Shown here: piece by piece, positions 28,010 through 39,977 of the stretch
How positions within the stretch are numbered: position 1 is the stretch's first letter
Layout: each line of letters begins with the position of its first letter
Assembly (NCBI GenBank): GCA_951406725.2
Contig: OX597833.1
Coordinates: forward strand, 64,046,001-64,110,000
Length of the DNA stretch: 64,000 nt
Direction of reading: 5' to 3'
From: Octopus vulgaris
Taxonomy: Eukaryota
Program-made: the position numbers and the translations under genes
The notes under the pieces: model-generated
The model's database searches: none
The model's input: the letters and a program-made list of their open reading frames with translations, nothing else
Told to the model about the DNA's origin: nothing

Positions 28010-28349
28010 GTGCATGGCTCAGTGGTTAGAGCGTCGAGCTTACGATCGTGAGGTTGTGAGCTCGAATCCCGGACCGGGCTGCGTGTTGTGTTCTCGAGCA
28101 AGGCACTTTATTTCACGTTGCTCCAGTTCACTCAGCTGTAGAAATGAGTTGCGACGTCACTGGTGCCAAGCTGTATCGACCTTTGTCTTTCCCTTGGATA
28201 ACACTGGTGGCGTGGAGAGGGGAGGCTGGTATGCATGGGCGACTGCTGGCCTTCCATAAAAACAACCTTGCCCAGACTTGTGTCTAGGAGGGTAACTTTC
28301 TAGGTGCAATCCCATGGTCATTCATGACCGAAGGGGGTCTTTACCCTTT
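28010..28349 (+). mobile_element. tRNA/CORE SINE with a distinct 3' tail, embedded in a long (TATG)n array (27690-29165)
   Basis: TGGCTCAGTGGTTAGAGCG (A box), AGCTCGAATCCC (B box), CORE-like GAGCAAGGCACTTTATTTCACGTTGCTCCAGTTCACTCAGCTG; tail ends CTTTACCCTTTA. Confidence 0.85.
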
Positions 28350-29699
28350 ATGTATGTATGTATGTACGTATGAATGTATGTGTGTATGTACGTATGTATG
28401 TATATATGTATGTATGTATGTATGAATGTATGTGTGTATGTATGTATGTATGTATGTATGTATGTATGTATGTATGTATGTATGAATGTATGTATGTACG
28501 TACGTACGTACGTATGTATGTATGTATGTATGTATGTATGTATGTATGTATGTATGTATGTATGTATGTATGTATGAATATATGTATGTATATATGTATG
28601 TATGTATATACGTATGTATGTATGTATGCATGCATGCATGTATGTATGTATGTATGTATGTATGTATGTATGTATGTATGTATATGTGTGTATGTATGTA
28701 TTTATGTATGTATGCATGTATGTATGTGTGTATGTATGTATGTATGTATGTACGTACGTATGTATGTATGTATGTATGTATGTATGTATGTATGCATGTA
28801 TGTATGCATGTATGTATGCATGTATGTACGTACGTATGTATGTATGTATGTATGTATGTATATACGTATGTATGTATGTATGCATGCATGCATGTATGTA
28901 TGTATGTATGTATGTATGTATATGTGTGTATGTATGTATTTATGTATGTATGCATGTATGTATGTGTGTATGTATGTATGTATGTATGTATGTACGTACG
29001 TACGTATGTATGTATGTATGTATGTATGTATGTATGTATGTATGCATGTATGTATGCATGTATGTATGCATGTATGTACGTACGTACGTATGTATGTATG
29101 TATGTATGTATGTATGTATGTATGTACTTATGTATGTATGTATGTTTCTATGTATGTATGTATGTGTGCATTGCGAACAGCTCCGGTTGTATATGACAGA
29201 TGACTCTTCCGTAACTTGTTGCTGGACAACCTGCAGAAACGGTTTGTTTCTGGCGATCAAATGTTTCCTCTGTACGTTTGTTTACTTTCTCTCTCTCTCT
29301 CTCCTACTCTCTCCCCCTCTCTCCCCCTCTCCCTTCCTTTCTCTCCATCAAATTAGATCTCGAACTGACCACAAACCAACACGAAACGACGTGTTTTACA
29401 CGGGAACACATCGCACCTTCCGGTCTGGAAATCGGAACCACAATTTTTACGATGATGAATGTAACACTGTTTATTCACATCCCAAGAACTGTTTCTACAG
29501 AATTTTATGGCTTTGAAACCCTGAATTCAATAAAACGGTCCTAATGACGAATCCATTTAATATGTAACTTAATAATACGAATTTCCAAACACAACCAGTG
29601 GGCCACACGCTATCCCTCCCTATCTCTGGATACATATCTGTATTCATATTAAAGACGGCGAACATCTCTCCATCTTTTAAACATCGAGACTGTTTCGTA

Positions 29700-29965
29700 A
29701 CGAACCGGCGCTCCGCCGGTTACGACGACGGGGCGTGTAGTCGATCTGATAAACGGAACAGCTTGCTTGTGAAATCACCGTGCAAGTGGCTGAGCACCCC
29801 ACAGTCAGGCCTACCCTTAACGTAGTTCCCAGGGAGAATCAGGGTGACGCAGAATATGACAAGGCCGGGCCTTTGAAATAAAGGTGCTACTCATTTTTGC
29901 CAGCTGAGTGGACTGGAGCAATGTGAAATAAAGTGTCTTGCTCAAGGACACAACGCGTCGCTGGC
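29700..29965 (-). mobile_element. CORE SINE with a third tail type, 5'-truncated
   Basis: CORE region CTCATTTTTGCCAGCTGAGTGGACTGGAGCAATGTGAAATAAAGTGTCTTGCTCAAGGACACAAC joined to a different 3' body. Confidence 0.75.
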
Positions 29966-30096
29966 GATAAGAGTAATATAATTAAATACTTAATGAATAG
30001 AGACAAATAAGATAGGACTGGATCTCGTCTTTAAAGCAACTTAAGGACATATTTCAGTCTTATTACACCTCATTCACAAGACGTAATAGACAACTA

Positions 30097-30333
30097 CTCT
30101 TTTACTCTCTTTTACTTTTTTACTCTTTTACTTGTTTCAGTCATTTGACTGTGGCCATGCTGGAGCACCGCCTTTAGTCGAGCAAATCGACCCCGGGACT
30201 TATTCTTTATAAGCCCAGTACTTATTCTATCGGTCTCTTTTGCCGAACCGCCAAGTGACGGGGACGTAAACACACCAGCATCGGTTATCAAGCAATGCTA
30301 GGAGGACAAACACAGACACACAAACATACACAC

Positions 30334-30400
<67 letters not shown>

Positions 30401-30543
30401 TACGACAGGCTTCTTTCAGTTTCCGTCTACCAAATCCACTCACAAGGCTTTGGTCGGCCCGAGGCTATAGCAGAAGACACTTGCCCAAGATGCCACGCAG
30501 TGGGACTGAACCCGGAACCATGTGGTTGGTAAGCAAGCTACTT
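30097..30543 (-). mobile_element. SINE family A, interrupted near its 5' end; the remainder is at 32966-32998
   Basis: Family A consensus runs to ...GGTAAGCAAGCTACTT (30543) and resumes as AAGCTACTTACCACACAGCCACTCCTGCGCCTA at 32966. Confidence 0.9.
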
Positions 30544-32965
30544 TATTTCAACAATTTTGCCACTAGGGCAGCACACAGAGTAGCTACGGGCTGGACAAAG
30601 ACATTAATGGATGATGGTGGTGGTGGATGAAGATGGTGATGGGAGAAGTCAAAAAGCGCCCGCCGACTCTCGCTTCTCTAAAACAATGTTCAATGATTAC
30701 ATTTAATACAATGATTACAAATTACAAATTTTAGAGGAGGCGATAAACCTCCTCTTCAACCTGTTACAGAAATGTTAAAATTGACATCCAATTGCAAATT
30801 TTACAAATTTTAGAGGAGGCAATGAACCTCCTCTTCCACATGTTACAAAGATGTTACACAACCTATGTGACACGGCCGACCATCGCTCTTGCCTCATTGA
30901 GGCAATACTCGCTGGTCAGGTCAGTGTCCAGAGGTATAATTTCGAAGGAGTCCGCTGGGCAGGTATCCACGACCCTGTGTAGATCAGCCCTTCTCACGAC
31001 CTCCGCAGCTAACTGCGAAGGCCACTCGGGGTTCTCCACGCAGGTCCGGAGTACCTCCCAACGTCCTTTCTTTCTCACTTTTCTTACAGTGCTTTCCGCC
31101 TTTTCTCCTTTAGAAAAGAGGAGCACAAAATCTTCCACGAATTGTCCCTCAGGCGGCACACCCGCCTGAGAGGACCCGGGATACTCGGGAACCGCCGTCT
31201 GCGTGTAGCAATCCGCCGGCGGGGCTCCGTTTCTCTTTTTTTTCTTTTTCTTCTGGCCCTGGGCCACGGGAGGCTGAGGTTCCGGAGCTGTGCGCACCGG
31301 GTTCTCCCCTCCCGCAGCTTTCAGGTCCTTCGGTGGGTCGCCATTGCTCCCACCTTCCTTTTTCTTCTTTTGGAGGGGGATCCCCCCCCTCATTTTGCTT
31401 CTCTCCCTCCGTTGAAGAGGCAGGGAGAGGCTCCAATATCAGCCGCTCCAGGATCCTACTCTGGTCCCTGGGGCAGCTCTTCTTGATGTGGCCGGTCTCC
31501 AAACACAGGTGACACTTGGGGGGGGGGGGGCGTCCCTCAAGCATCACCGGATACTTGGACCCGGCCATTCTCAAAAAGTCCGGCAAAACCAGACTCGTGG
31601 CTGACTGGGTCCACAGGGTTAAGGTAGCCTTAGAACCCTCCCAATCAGCCGCAGGCTGTATATTAACATTTAGGATTTTTGCATCCCTGTCACTCAGACC
31701 CCGGCGGATAGAGTCTTCTATCCACTCGGGTTCAATGCCGGGTGGCAGGCCGCAGACCCATAGTCTTGTCAATTTTTCTCCCTTGTAACTAGGGAGAAAC
31801 AACATTTCTTTGCCCTGAATGGGCTTGCTTGCAAAATCGCAAGCATCTTTTGGGGAGTCAAACAGCAACCCAACCGTTGCGTATTTGGCTCCCTGCGTGA
31901 TATATTTCACGGCTGGCATGTGGTCTGCCAGCTCTTCAATAATTTTCGCCTTCGGAAAAACCATGATAGCGTTGAGCGACCTTGAATAAGTCCTCAGTAC
32001 CACGGTCTTATCCTCGAGCTGTTTGACATATTTTTTGGGAGCCTCCAGCTCCCAAACAATCAGTTCCTTTGCCATTTTTAACAAAAAATATTAATACAGT
32101 TTGAATAGAAAAAACACAAAAGTGACAGAAAGAGGGAAGCAAAAACAAAATGGAAACGAGAGTTACAATAAAAACAGTTCGGAGTTCAAATGAAGGATAG
32201 CTAGAGGAAGAAGTTCAAATGTGGCAAAGAATTATTTTTTTATGGCCGAAAAGGTAGTCCAGGCCAAACGTCACGGCAGTCCTTGGTAAGTCTGGTGCTT
32301 GCAAAAACAATCCACGAATATCCTTGGTGCCTCCTGGTAATCCAAGGGTGCAGTATTCCACGTGTGGTAATCCAAAGCGAAATTGGTGCTCCAATGAATC
32401 GAATTATTTTTGATGTGGGCTATGCCTCTTCAAAAAACACACTTCTCACTAAAACGTGAGATTTTAAATACAACAGGCAGAAAAAATATATCCGAAGCAA
32501 GGCGAAGTCTATTACCCGCAAAAAATTATTAACGCTAATTAACGTTGACGTCAAAAAGTATTAATGGCAGGCAATAAACATCGCCAAGCCTCTAAAAATA
32601 TTCAAACAGTCCTACCTGCTGTGCCAAACAGTTCAATATTCCACGTGTGGTAATCCAAGTGTGAAAATTGGTACTCTAATGAGTCAAAAATATTTCTGAG
32701 GAGGGGCTACGCCTTCCTCAAAAAACACAATTTCTATCTAAAAAGTGAGACTTTTAAATACGCCAACAGGTAGAAAAAATATATCCGAAGCAAAGTTTAT
32801 TACGCGCAAAAATTATTAACACTAAGTAACGTTGTTAATGTTAAAAAGTATTAACGGCAGGCAATAAACATCACTTGGCTTACAACAATATTCGAAGGCC
32901 CCACCTGTTAAACGTTAAACGTGACATTTGCCGGAGCGAAGAAAAAACGCGTCCGTTCGGTGAGA
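30544..32965 (-). mobile_element. ORF1-only non-LTR retroelement (HAL1-like, Tx1/L1-derived), apparently complete, with 9-bp TSD AAGCTACTT
   Basis: TSD at 30535-30543 and 32966-32974; ~890-bp 5'UTR with two ~283-bp monomers; gag-like ORF1; ~320-bp 3'UTR ending in AATAAA; no endonuclease or RT coding sequence. Confidence 0.8.
30863..32075 (-). CDS. LINE ORF1-like nucleic-acid-binding protein (RRM-like region plus CCHC zinc knuckle), ~403 aa if one frameshift near 31390 is corrected
   Basis: ORF 31149-32084 has RLWVCGLPPGI (RNP2-like) and CHLCLETGHIKKSC (CX2CX4HX4C). The overlapping ORF 30863-31393 continues with K/P-rich then globular-looking sequence. The two frames differ by one extra base near homopolymer runs at 31375-31390. 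First ATG at 32075. Confidence 0.75.
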
Positions 32966-33059
32966 AAGCTACTTACCACACAGCCACTCCTGCGCCTAAG
33001 TTAGACAGATTTAGAAATGACTAGTATATCAGTTATGACTGTGTTGATAACAGGCTAGC

Positions 33060-33403
33060 GTTGGCAACGACGTGGTTTCGGATTCAGCCCCAATATACGA
33101 TACGTAGAGCATCTTCTATTATAGGGGCCGGCCAATGTTTGTGAATGAATTTAGTTGCTGTAAACGGCAAAAAACGTGTATGTCTTTGGGTGTGCTTGTG
33201 AGGTGTGTGTCCACCCCAACCGCTTGACAACTGGTGTTGGATGATTATTGTACTGGTGAAATAGCGGTTCGACAAAAGATCTCGATAGAATAAGGGCCAG
33301 ATTTCAAAAAAGGAATATGTTCTGAGGTCGTGTTGTTCGATTAAAATTCTTGAAGGCTGTGCCCCAGCATGGTCGCTGACCAATGACCGAAATAAGTAAA
33401 AGA
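33060..33403 (+). mobile_element. Degenerate SINE family A
   Basis: CGCTTGACAACTGGTG...GCGGTTCGACAAAAGA...GTGCCCCAGCATGGTC...TGACCGAAATAAGTAAAAGA. Confidence 0.75.
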
Positions 33404-34046
33404 TAATATGTATGTGTGTACGTGTGTGTGTGTGTGTGTGTGTGTCTATGTGTGTGTGTGTGTGTGTGTAGTTCCACACTATATTTCTTAATATGCGTAA
33501 ATAAACGATTTCTTTAAAGAGACGCACATACTCAACCATCCATAAATACATACACTCACATAAATGTACAAATATACAATTACACACACACGCACACACA
33601 CATACACACAGACATACAGTCACATATAGAGAAACACACACACATACACGCACAAATACATACGTTATACACACATACTGTCGCGACGGCATGAAAATTC
33701 TTTCTTATGTAAGATTAAAAGTCTTTTGAAATCCATCAACTGTGAGATCTTATAATCTTTTTGGTAGCACGGAATGTTTTCTTGGTGGGAATTCTTAAGG
33801 AATGGAACAAAAAACAGAAAATCTTCGACAAAGAAAATATCAGGATCTGCCGAATTCCTCAAAAGAAAACATATTTATGATATAATTATATAAAATATTG
33901 TGACATTGTGTACAAACGTAAGCAAGTGTTGGTTTTTTTTCTTTATATTTGTAGACGTTATATACATAGATGTGTATACAGAAACAGGCGTGCATGGGAA
34001 TATATATACATTCGTATATTCATGGGAATATATATATATATATATA

Positions 34047-34275
34047 CTTTATTTAAAGCAGCAGAAAATTCAACAAAACCTGTTACGCTGAGTTTCACGT
34101 TGCCGTTCGTCGGACAGTTTTTGCTAGAAAAAACTGTCCGACGAACGGCAACGTGAAACTCAGAGTAACAGGTTTTGTTGAATTTTCTGCTGCTTTAAAT
34201 AAAGCATATTACTCTACCACTGGTATTTGAGTACTCTTTTTTATCCACCTTGTTTCACATTTATGTGTTTACTCC

Positions 34276-34280
<5 letters not shown>
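34047..34280 (+). mobile_element. Palindromic Penelope-type mini-element in (TA)n, with hammerhead-like motifs on both strands
   Basis: 34047-34204 is a near-perfect palindrome (~76-bp arms, 1 mismatch). 34134-34171 reads CUGU-CCGACGA-ACG(GCAA)CGU-GAAAC-UCAGA-GUA-ACAG. Confidence 0.75.
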
Positions 34281-34322
<42 letters not shown>

Positions 34323-34459
34323 TTTGATATAGATGTACATACATATGTTCATATGTGAGCATGTGTTTGCGTGTGTGTATCTATGTTCATGGTGCATTCG
34401 TGTGTGAAATGAAGCAGAGGGAAAGAAAGAGAAAGAGAGCGAGAGAGAGAGAGGAAGGG

Positions 34460-34498
<39 letters not shown>

Positions 34499-34539
34499 TA
34501 GTTCACACATGAACGGACAATCCCGAAGATGACGCTAAT

Positions 34540-34708
34540 CTATCACTGGTTCAACCTCTCAACTGTTGCTGGGACACATTTATAGATGAGTAGGCGGGAG
34601 CAACGTGAACTGAAGTGTATTGCTCAAAAACATAACGCACTGCTCGGCCTGAAATCGAAACCACGCTTTTACAATTGAGAAGTCGACACCTGAGCCACAC
34701 GGCTTCAC
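34540..34708 (-). mobile_element. Degenerate CORE-type SINE
   Basis: GGAGCAACGTGAACTGAAGTGTATTGCTCAAAAACATAACGC...ATCGAAACCAC. Confidence 0.65.
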
Positions 34709-35133
34709 GCTGGAAAGAAGACACCTAAAAAAAAAATCATGCCTTATTCCGTTTTCGCTCAGCGTAACGTATTTTCCGGCAGCACCAACCTGATCGTTAT
34801 CGGCACAAATATTTCAGCATCGTTCAACGATTAGCGTAGTATTGTAATGATTTGTGAATCTGCCTTGATTTTTCTCCTGGACATGATTTTATATTCTTGG
34901 TATCGTTTCCTTCAGAATTGTCTGAAGATCGAAAACTAGAAACTTGGAGCAACGAATACTGAACGTTCGCAGCAGCACATACATAGAAAATACATACATA
35001 TTTACATCCATATATCCATCAATCCATCAATCCATAAATACACAACACACACACATTGTATTTGTGTTTTGATATAGACGTATTTATGTATGCGTATGTA
35101 CCTGTAAATGTAAATATATATATATATATATAT

Positions 35134-35310
35134 GGGGAGAATTTAGGAAAAAAACAAAAGGCGAAGTCAGGTGGTGTACAAAACAAAAAGATGTATAAGT
35201 GTAACGCTCAGGTATAGAAAAAGTCTTTTACGTTTCGAGCCTACGCTCTTCTACAGAAAGATACACAGAAAAAAACAAGGAGAGAAAAAAAGTTTGTGTA
35301 GTGGCTAACT
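35134..35310 (-). mobile_element. Short (TA)n-flanked element with a hammerhead-like motif (35225-35260)
   Basis: Minus strand: CUUU-CUGUAGA-A-GAGC(GUAG)GCUC-GAAAC-GUA-AAAG, with core A6 changed to U. Its end (AACAAGGAGAGAAAA...GTGTAGTGGCT) recurs at ~36893-36921. Confidence 0.65.
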
Positions 35311-35337
35311 ATATATATATATATATATATATGTATA

Positions 35338-35396
<59 letters not shown>

Positions 35397-35561
35397 TTGT
35401 GTGTGTGTGTATGTCTAACATTGGAAATTCAATCTACTTCACTCTGTTTACATAATATCTCTCCTTTTACGCCCCTCTCTCTCTCTTTCTCTCTGTTACA
35501 CTTCCTTCTTTCTGTCATTTCATGTTTCTTTATCCTATACATAATTTATTCCTCCTTCTTG

Positions 35562-35654
<93 letters not shown>

Positions 35655-36919
35655 ATATCTATCTATCTATCTATCTGTCTATCTATCTGTCTATCTATTT
35701 CTATATTTATTTATCTATCTTTCACTATTGCCCGCCATCATTCTTTCTCTCTGTCTCACTCTGTCTCCCTCTCTGTCACATTCCTCCTCTCTTCATCACC
35801 ACTGCTCATACCTTCATATATTCCTCATCACCTAATCTTTTGACTGTTTTTTTCTCTTCAGAATTGTTTACATCTGCAACCATTGAAAGCTTCAAGTCAT
35901 AATCTAATTTAACTTAATGCCAAATGCCACATTATAAATCGGAAACTTTAATAAACACAACAAACTTTAACCAAACAATGTTTTTTTTATTCAAATTCTT
36001 TCTTTCACGAATCATGTTTTGTTTTATATTTTTACATATAATTTCTCTACATAATGGTTTTGTTTTTATTTTATTCAAATTCGCCGAGAAACGAAAAAGA
36101 AAACAGCCATTAAGAAAAGATATTAAGCAAAAGACAACGAAATATATTTTCTTTAAAAAATGTTATTAAAAACATAATTTTCGAAATATAAATAAAAGAA
36201 TTCGTGAGTAATAAATATAACAATATTAGGATTCTGTGAATCTTATGAATATATATTTTTTTTTGTGTGTGCATATTGCTGTTGAGGACTAATATATGGC
36301 GGAGTGTTGAGTTGTTAAATATTAGAAACAACAAATATAAAAAAGAAGGAGGTGGGGAAATAAAAACAATATATTTTAAAGAAATATACAAAATTTTCAA
36401 ATATCTATGTCAAATGGAAAATATCAATTATAATGAAAATGCCGCCAATGTCTCGAAGACAGAGAAAAAAAAGGTGAAAGTCAGAAGTGAGGAGGTGTGC
36501 GGGCGCGAAGGTATTTGAATAGTGAGAGGGGGATTGCGGGTAGGATATTGACGTGTAGTGAGGCATTTAGAATTGTTATGTTGTTGTTTTTTTTTTGTCT
36601 CTGTTTGAGAAATGATTTTGAGTATTGCTGGTTTACACTACCAGACTGTCTTATATAACGAACAGAAAAAAAGTCTTGCATACAAACCTTGGCGTCACAT
36701 TGAAACAGGTATATTACTACTTATACCTAAAATGTTTTCTGCGTTTCTGATTATATAAAATGAGCTGGAATAACATTTTAGTCAACTATCCGATGGGATT
36801 ATTGCATTCATAATACGTAGATTATAGGAGATTAATACAGAAAAAATTGACAAACACCGAAACCCAATAGTTTTTTATATCGCATACAGGCAAACAAGGA
36901 GAGAAAATGCGTGTAGTGG

Positions 36920-36976
<57 letters not shown>

Positions 36977-37450
36977 GTTAATAGATGAGAATAAAATATT
37001 CTCCGTATAGAATACGCTTGGTAGTGCTCAAGATATTTAAACTTGAACGAGTATAGAAGCAAATGTAGGGATAAGCGAGTTAGACAGGTCAATATATGAA
37101 GTATATCAAATACATAAAAAGAAAAACAAAAATATATATAGGTTTACATACAAAACGGTCAGACATACACAGACTGGAAATGATGCCGAGAATTTAGGGA
37201 TTGAAGAAAAGTATTTCAAATGCAACTGCTGTTTCTGAGGGCACTTCGTTATGCAAACGTGGCACTCCTTTATGCAAGCACAATATATGATGAAGTATAC
37301 AAAATGTCAGCTGGACGACCCACTGTGACAGCAGTGCTTGTTACATTATCTTAAAGATGTTTTCTACAGCCAGCACTGATTATTTGCTGCAACGTTTCAT
37401 ATCGAGTCTCAGATGTAAACAAGCAATGAGATCGGAGACAAAAGTGGGTG

Positions 37451-37493
37451 TATATACCATATTTCGAGGCTTGTTGTCCCTTCGTCAGTACCT
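37451..37493 (-). ncRNA. Degenerate hammerhead-like motif
   Basis: Minus strand: GUA-CUGACGA-AGGGACAACAAGCCUC-GAAAU-AUG-GUA-UAU; stems are weak. Confidence 0.4.
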
Positions 37494-38785
37494 ATCTAAC
37501 CCTCTGCTGTGTCCGAACACATTCCTTATATAGCCACCGCATACAGCGGTTTTAAGTTATTAGATATACAACTTTACATATCAGACGCATTCCCGGATCT
37601 GGTATGCAAACATTAAAGGTTTGTAAGTAGGTGGACCTTCGTTATGCAAGCAAAATAGTCTATGAAATATACTAAATGTTTTTATAAGTCAGTGTCTCGT
37701 CCTACTACGTTAGCAGTGCTTGTTACATTATTTTAAAGGTTGTTTCTACAGATATTCTATAGAACTTATAGCCAGCACTGATTTTTCCTAAAACGTTTCG
37801 TATCGAGACGACAGATTGTGATTGAATCGCACTGCTAACACCAAAAATAGGATATATTATTGACCTGTAAACCTCTGACATACTTTGTAGTGCATTATAG
37901 TGGCAAAACGAGATACGGGATGCATACAAGCAATTAATTTGTACCTACCTCTTTTAAGGAATTTGTTTCATGTATAACTTAAGCTATCCAACACTGCTAC
38001 ATTACTAAAGTTAGTCGGTATGTAAGCAATGCGTTCGTGAGATGAAGCAATGACTCCTGAAATATCTATATACATCTATCACCTATTTTTTGCATCTTAG
38101 GTCAAATTGTTTATATAGGCATATTCATATTCGAAAAGTCGTAACTTTTGGTGCAGGCTATAATACATTCAAGAGAAAATCTGTAGAGTTATATTAAAAG
38201 TACTTGTGTGTGTGCGTGCGTATATATATATATATATGGTAAATGAAAGACGGAAGATGGAATAAAGGGGAATTTATCATTAATCACAATTGTTTCGACA
38301 TATCTAGCATCAACCCCTCAAGTGTGGTACACTTAACAACTGGTTCAGGATTATCCGGCAGTGCAGATGTTTCTTATCGGGTGAAAGCGACCGTGCTTTA
38401 TCAGTAAGCAACCACATCTAAACCATTCTTTATATATATATATATACAAATTGAGATAGGGGTTGTAAATGCAACCCTCCATGGGATAACATATATCAAA
38501 TATGAGACATACTTATCTACATGGCCGAAACAGCTGTAAGATGTAATCTATACTTATATTTATATTTACTTATAATTATATTCTCTTTTATATATATTCT
38601 ACTTATTATACGATACTGCTCTTTTATGTACACTTTTTTATGTACATTCCTTTATGTACACTGATTTGTTCTGATTTTTATATTTAACCCTACAGTCTCT
38701 TATATGGTGGTTTAATAAAGTATGTGATTGAGTATTATCTGGTAATTGATATTTGATTTAGATGTATTTCTCCATTTTCTTATCT

Positions 38786-38887
<102 letters not shown>

Positions 38888-38900
38888 TATATATATACAT

Positions 38901-39109
38901 AGTTAATCCAAACATGAAAACACAAAGAGAAAACACAACACGAGAACGTGGAATAAATATAGTATCATTGGACGCTCAGGAAAGAAGGAAAGAAGGACGG
39001 CTTAACGTTTCGAGCGGAGCTCTTCGTCAGAAACATAGGAGAAGGAAAGATCCACAAAAGAGAAGACAAAGGGAAAAAATCGCCAACGGTACACACCGGT
39101 CACATTTTG
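38901..39109 (-). mobile_element. ~210-bp (TA)n-flanked mini-element with a hammerhead at 39000-39034
   Basis: Minus strand: GUUU-CUGACGA-A-GAGC(UCC)GCUC-GAAAC-GUU-AAGC; end-to-end homologue at 52182-52384 on the other strand. Confidence 0.8.
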
Positions 39110-39126
39110 AATCATATATATATACA

Positions 39127-39167
<41 letters not shown>

Positions 39168-39453
39168 ATATATATATATATATATATATATTTTATATAT
39201 TATAAAATATTATTAGAGACAAAACATATTTTGCAAAACAAACAAGGAATAATTACATAAAATTTTATAAATAGTTACAATGTTTTTCTTGATCGACACA
39301 TATATGTATATATATATGAATCATATATGTATATCTTTCCTTGTTTGTTTTGCAAAATAGTGGTTTTTCTCTAATAATATTCAAAATGTGACATATATGT
39401 ATATGATTCAAATGTTACGATTTTTTCCCTTTGTCTTCTCTTCTGTGGATCTT

Positions 39454-39501
<48 letters not shown>

Positions 39502-39504
39502 TAT

Positions 39505-39862
39505 AAATAGAAAATACTAAAAAGTGAAAAAACTACAGAAGGCTTGTTTTAAAAGGTTAAAAAATATATATTTGAGTCATTATGTCAGAAGAATGTTATA
39601 AATTTTTTTCATACAGTGACATAGTTTTTGAAGAAATTAACGGTTTCGTGTTTAACTCTTCAAATTTCTCAAAACATTGTGTTATGATTTCGTTAAGAAG
39701 TGTAAAGAGGAGTTCCAGGTAAGGGGAGGTAATAAGTGATTTCTTCCGGTGTAAGGGAGATAATCGCCTTATATTTCTTGCTTTTTTTTAATGGGGTGAG
39801 TTTCTCTGTATAAGAATGTTAGAGTGGTTAAGTTTGGGCTTATATTTTTCAATGAAGAATGT
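39505..39862 (-). mobile_element. 3' end of a Penelope-like element (GIY-YIG C-terminal remnant plus 3'UTR with a degenerate hammerhead)
   Basis: Minus translation [11 protein letters not shown] resembles the FIxxxKPxLN end of PLE GIY-YIG domains; downstream GAAAU-UUGAAGA-GU(UAAAC)AC-GAAAC-CG-UUA-AUUUC at 39668-39633. Confidence 0.55.
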
Positions 39863-39877
39863 TATATATATATATAT

Positions 39878-39977
<100 letters not shown>

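Noticed and set aside
28014-28075. tRNA gene-like A and B boxes (also at 604, 24920 and 55317)
   Set aside because: No complete cloverleaf or acceptor stem, and each continues into a SINE body.
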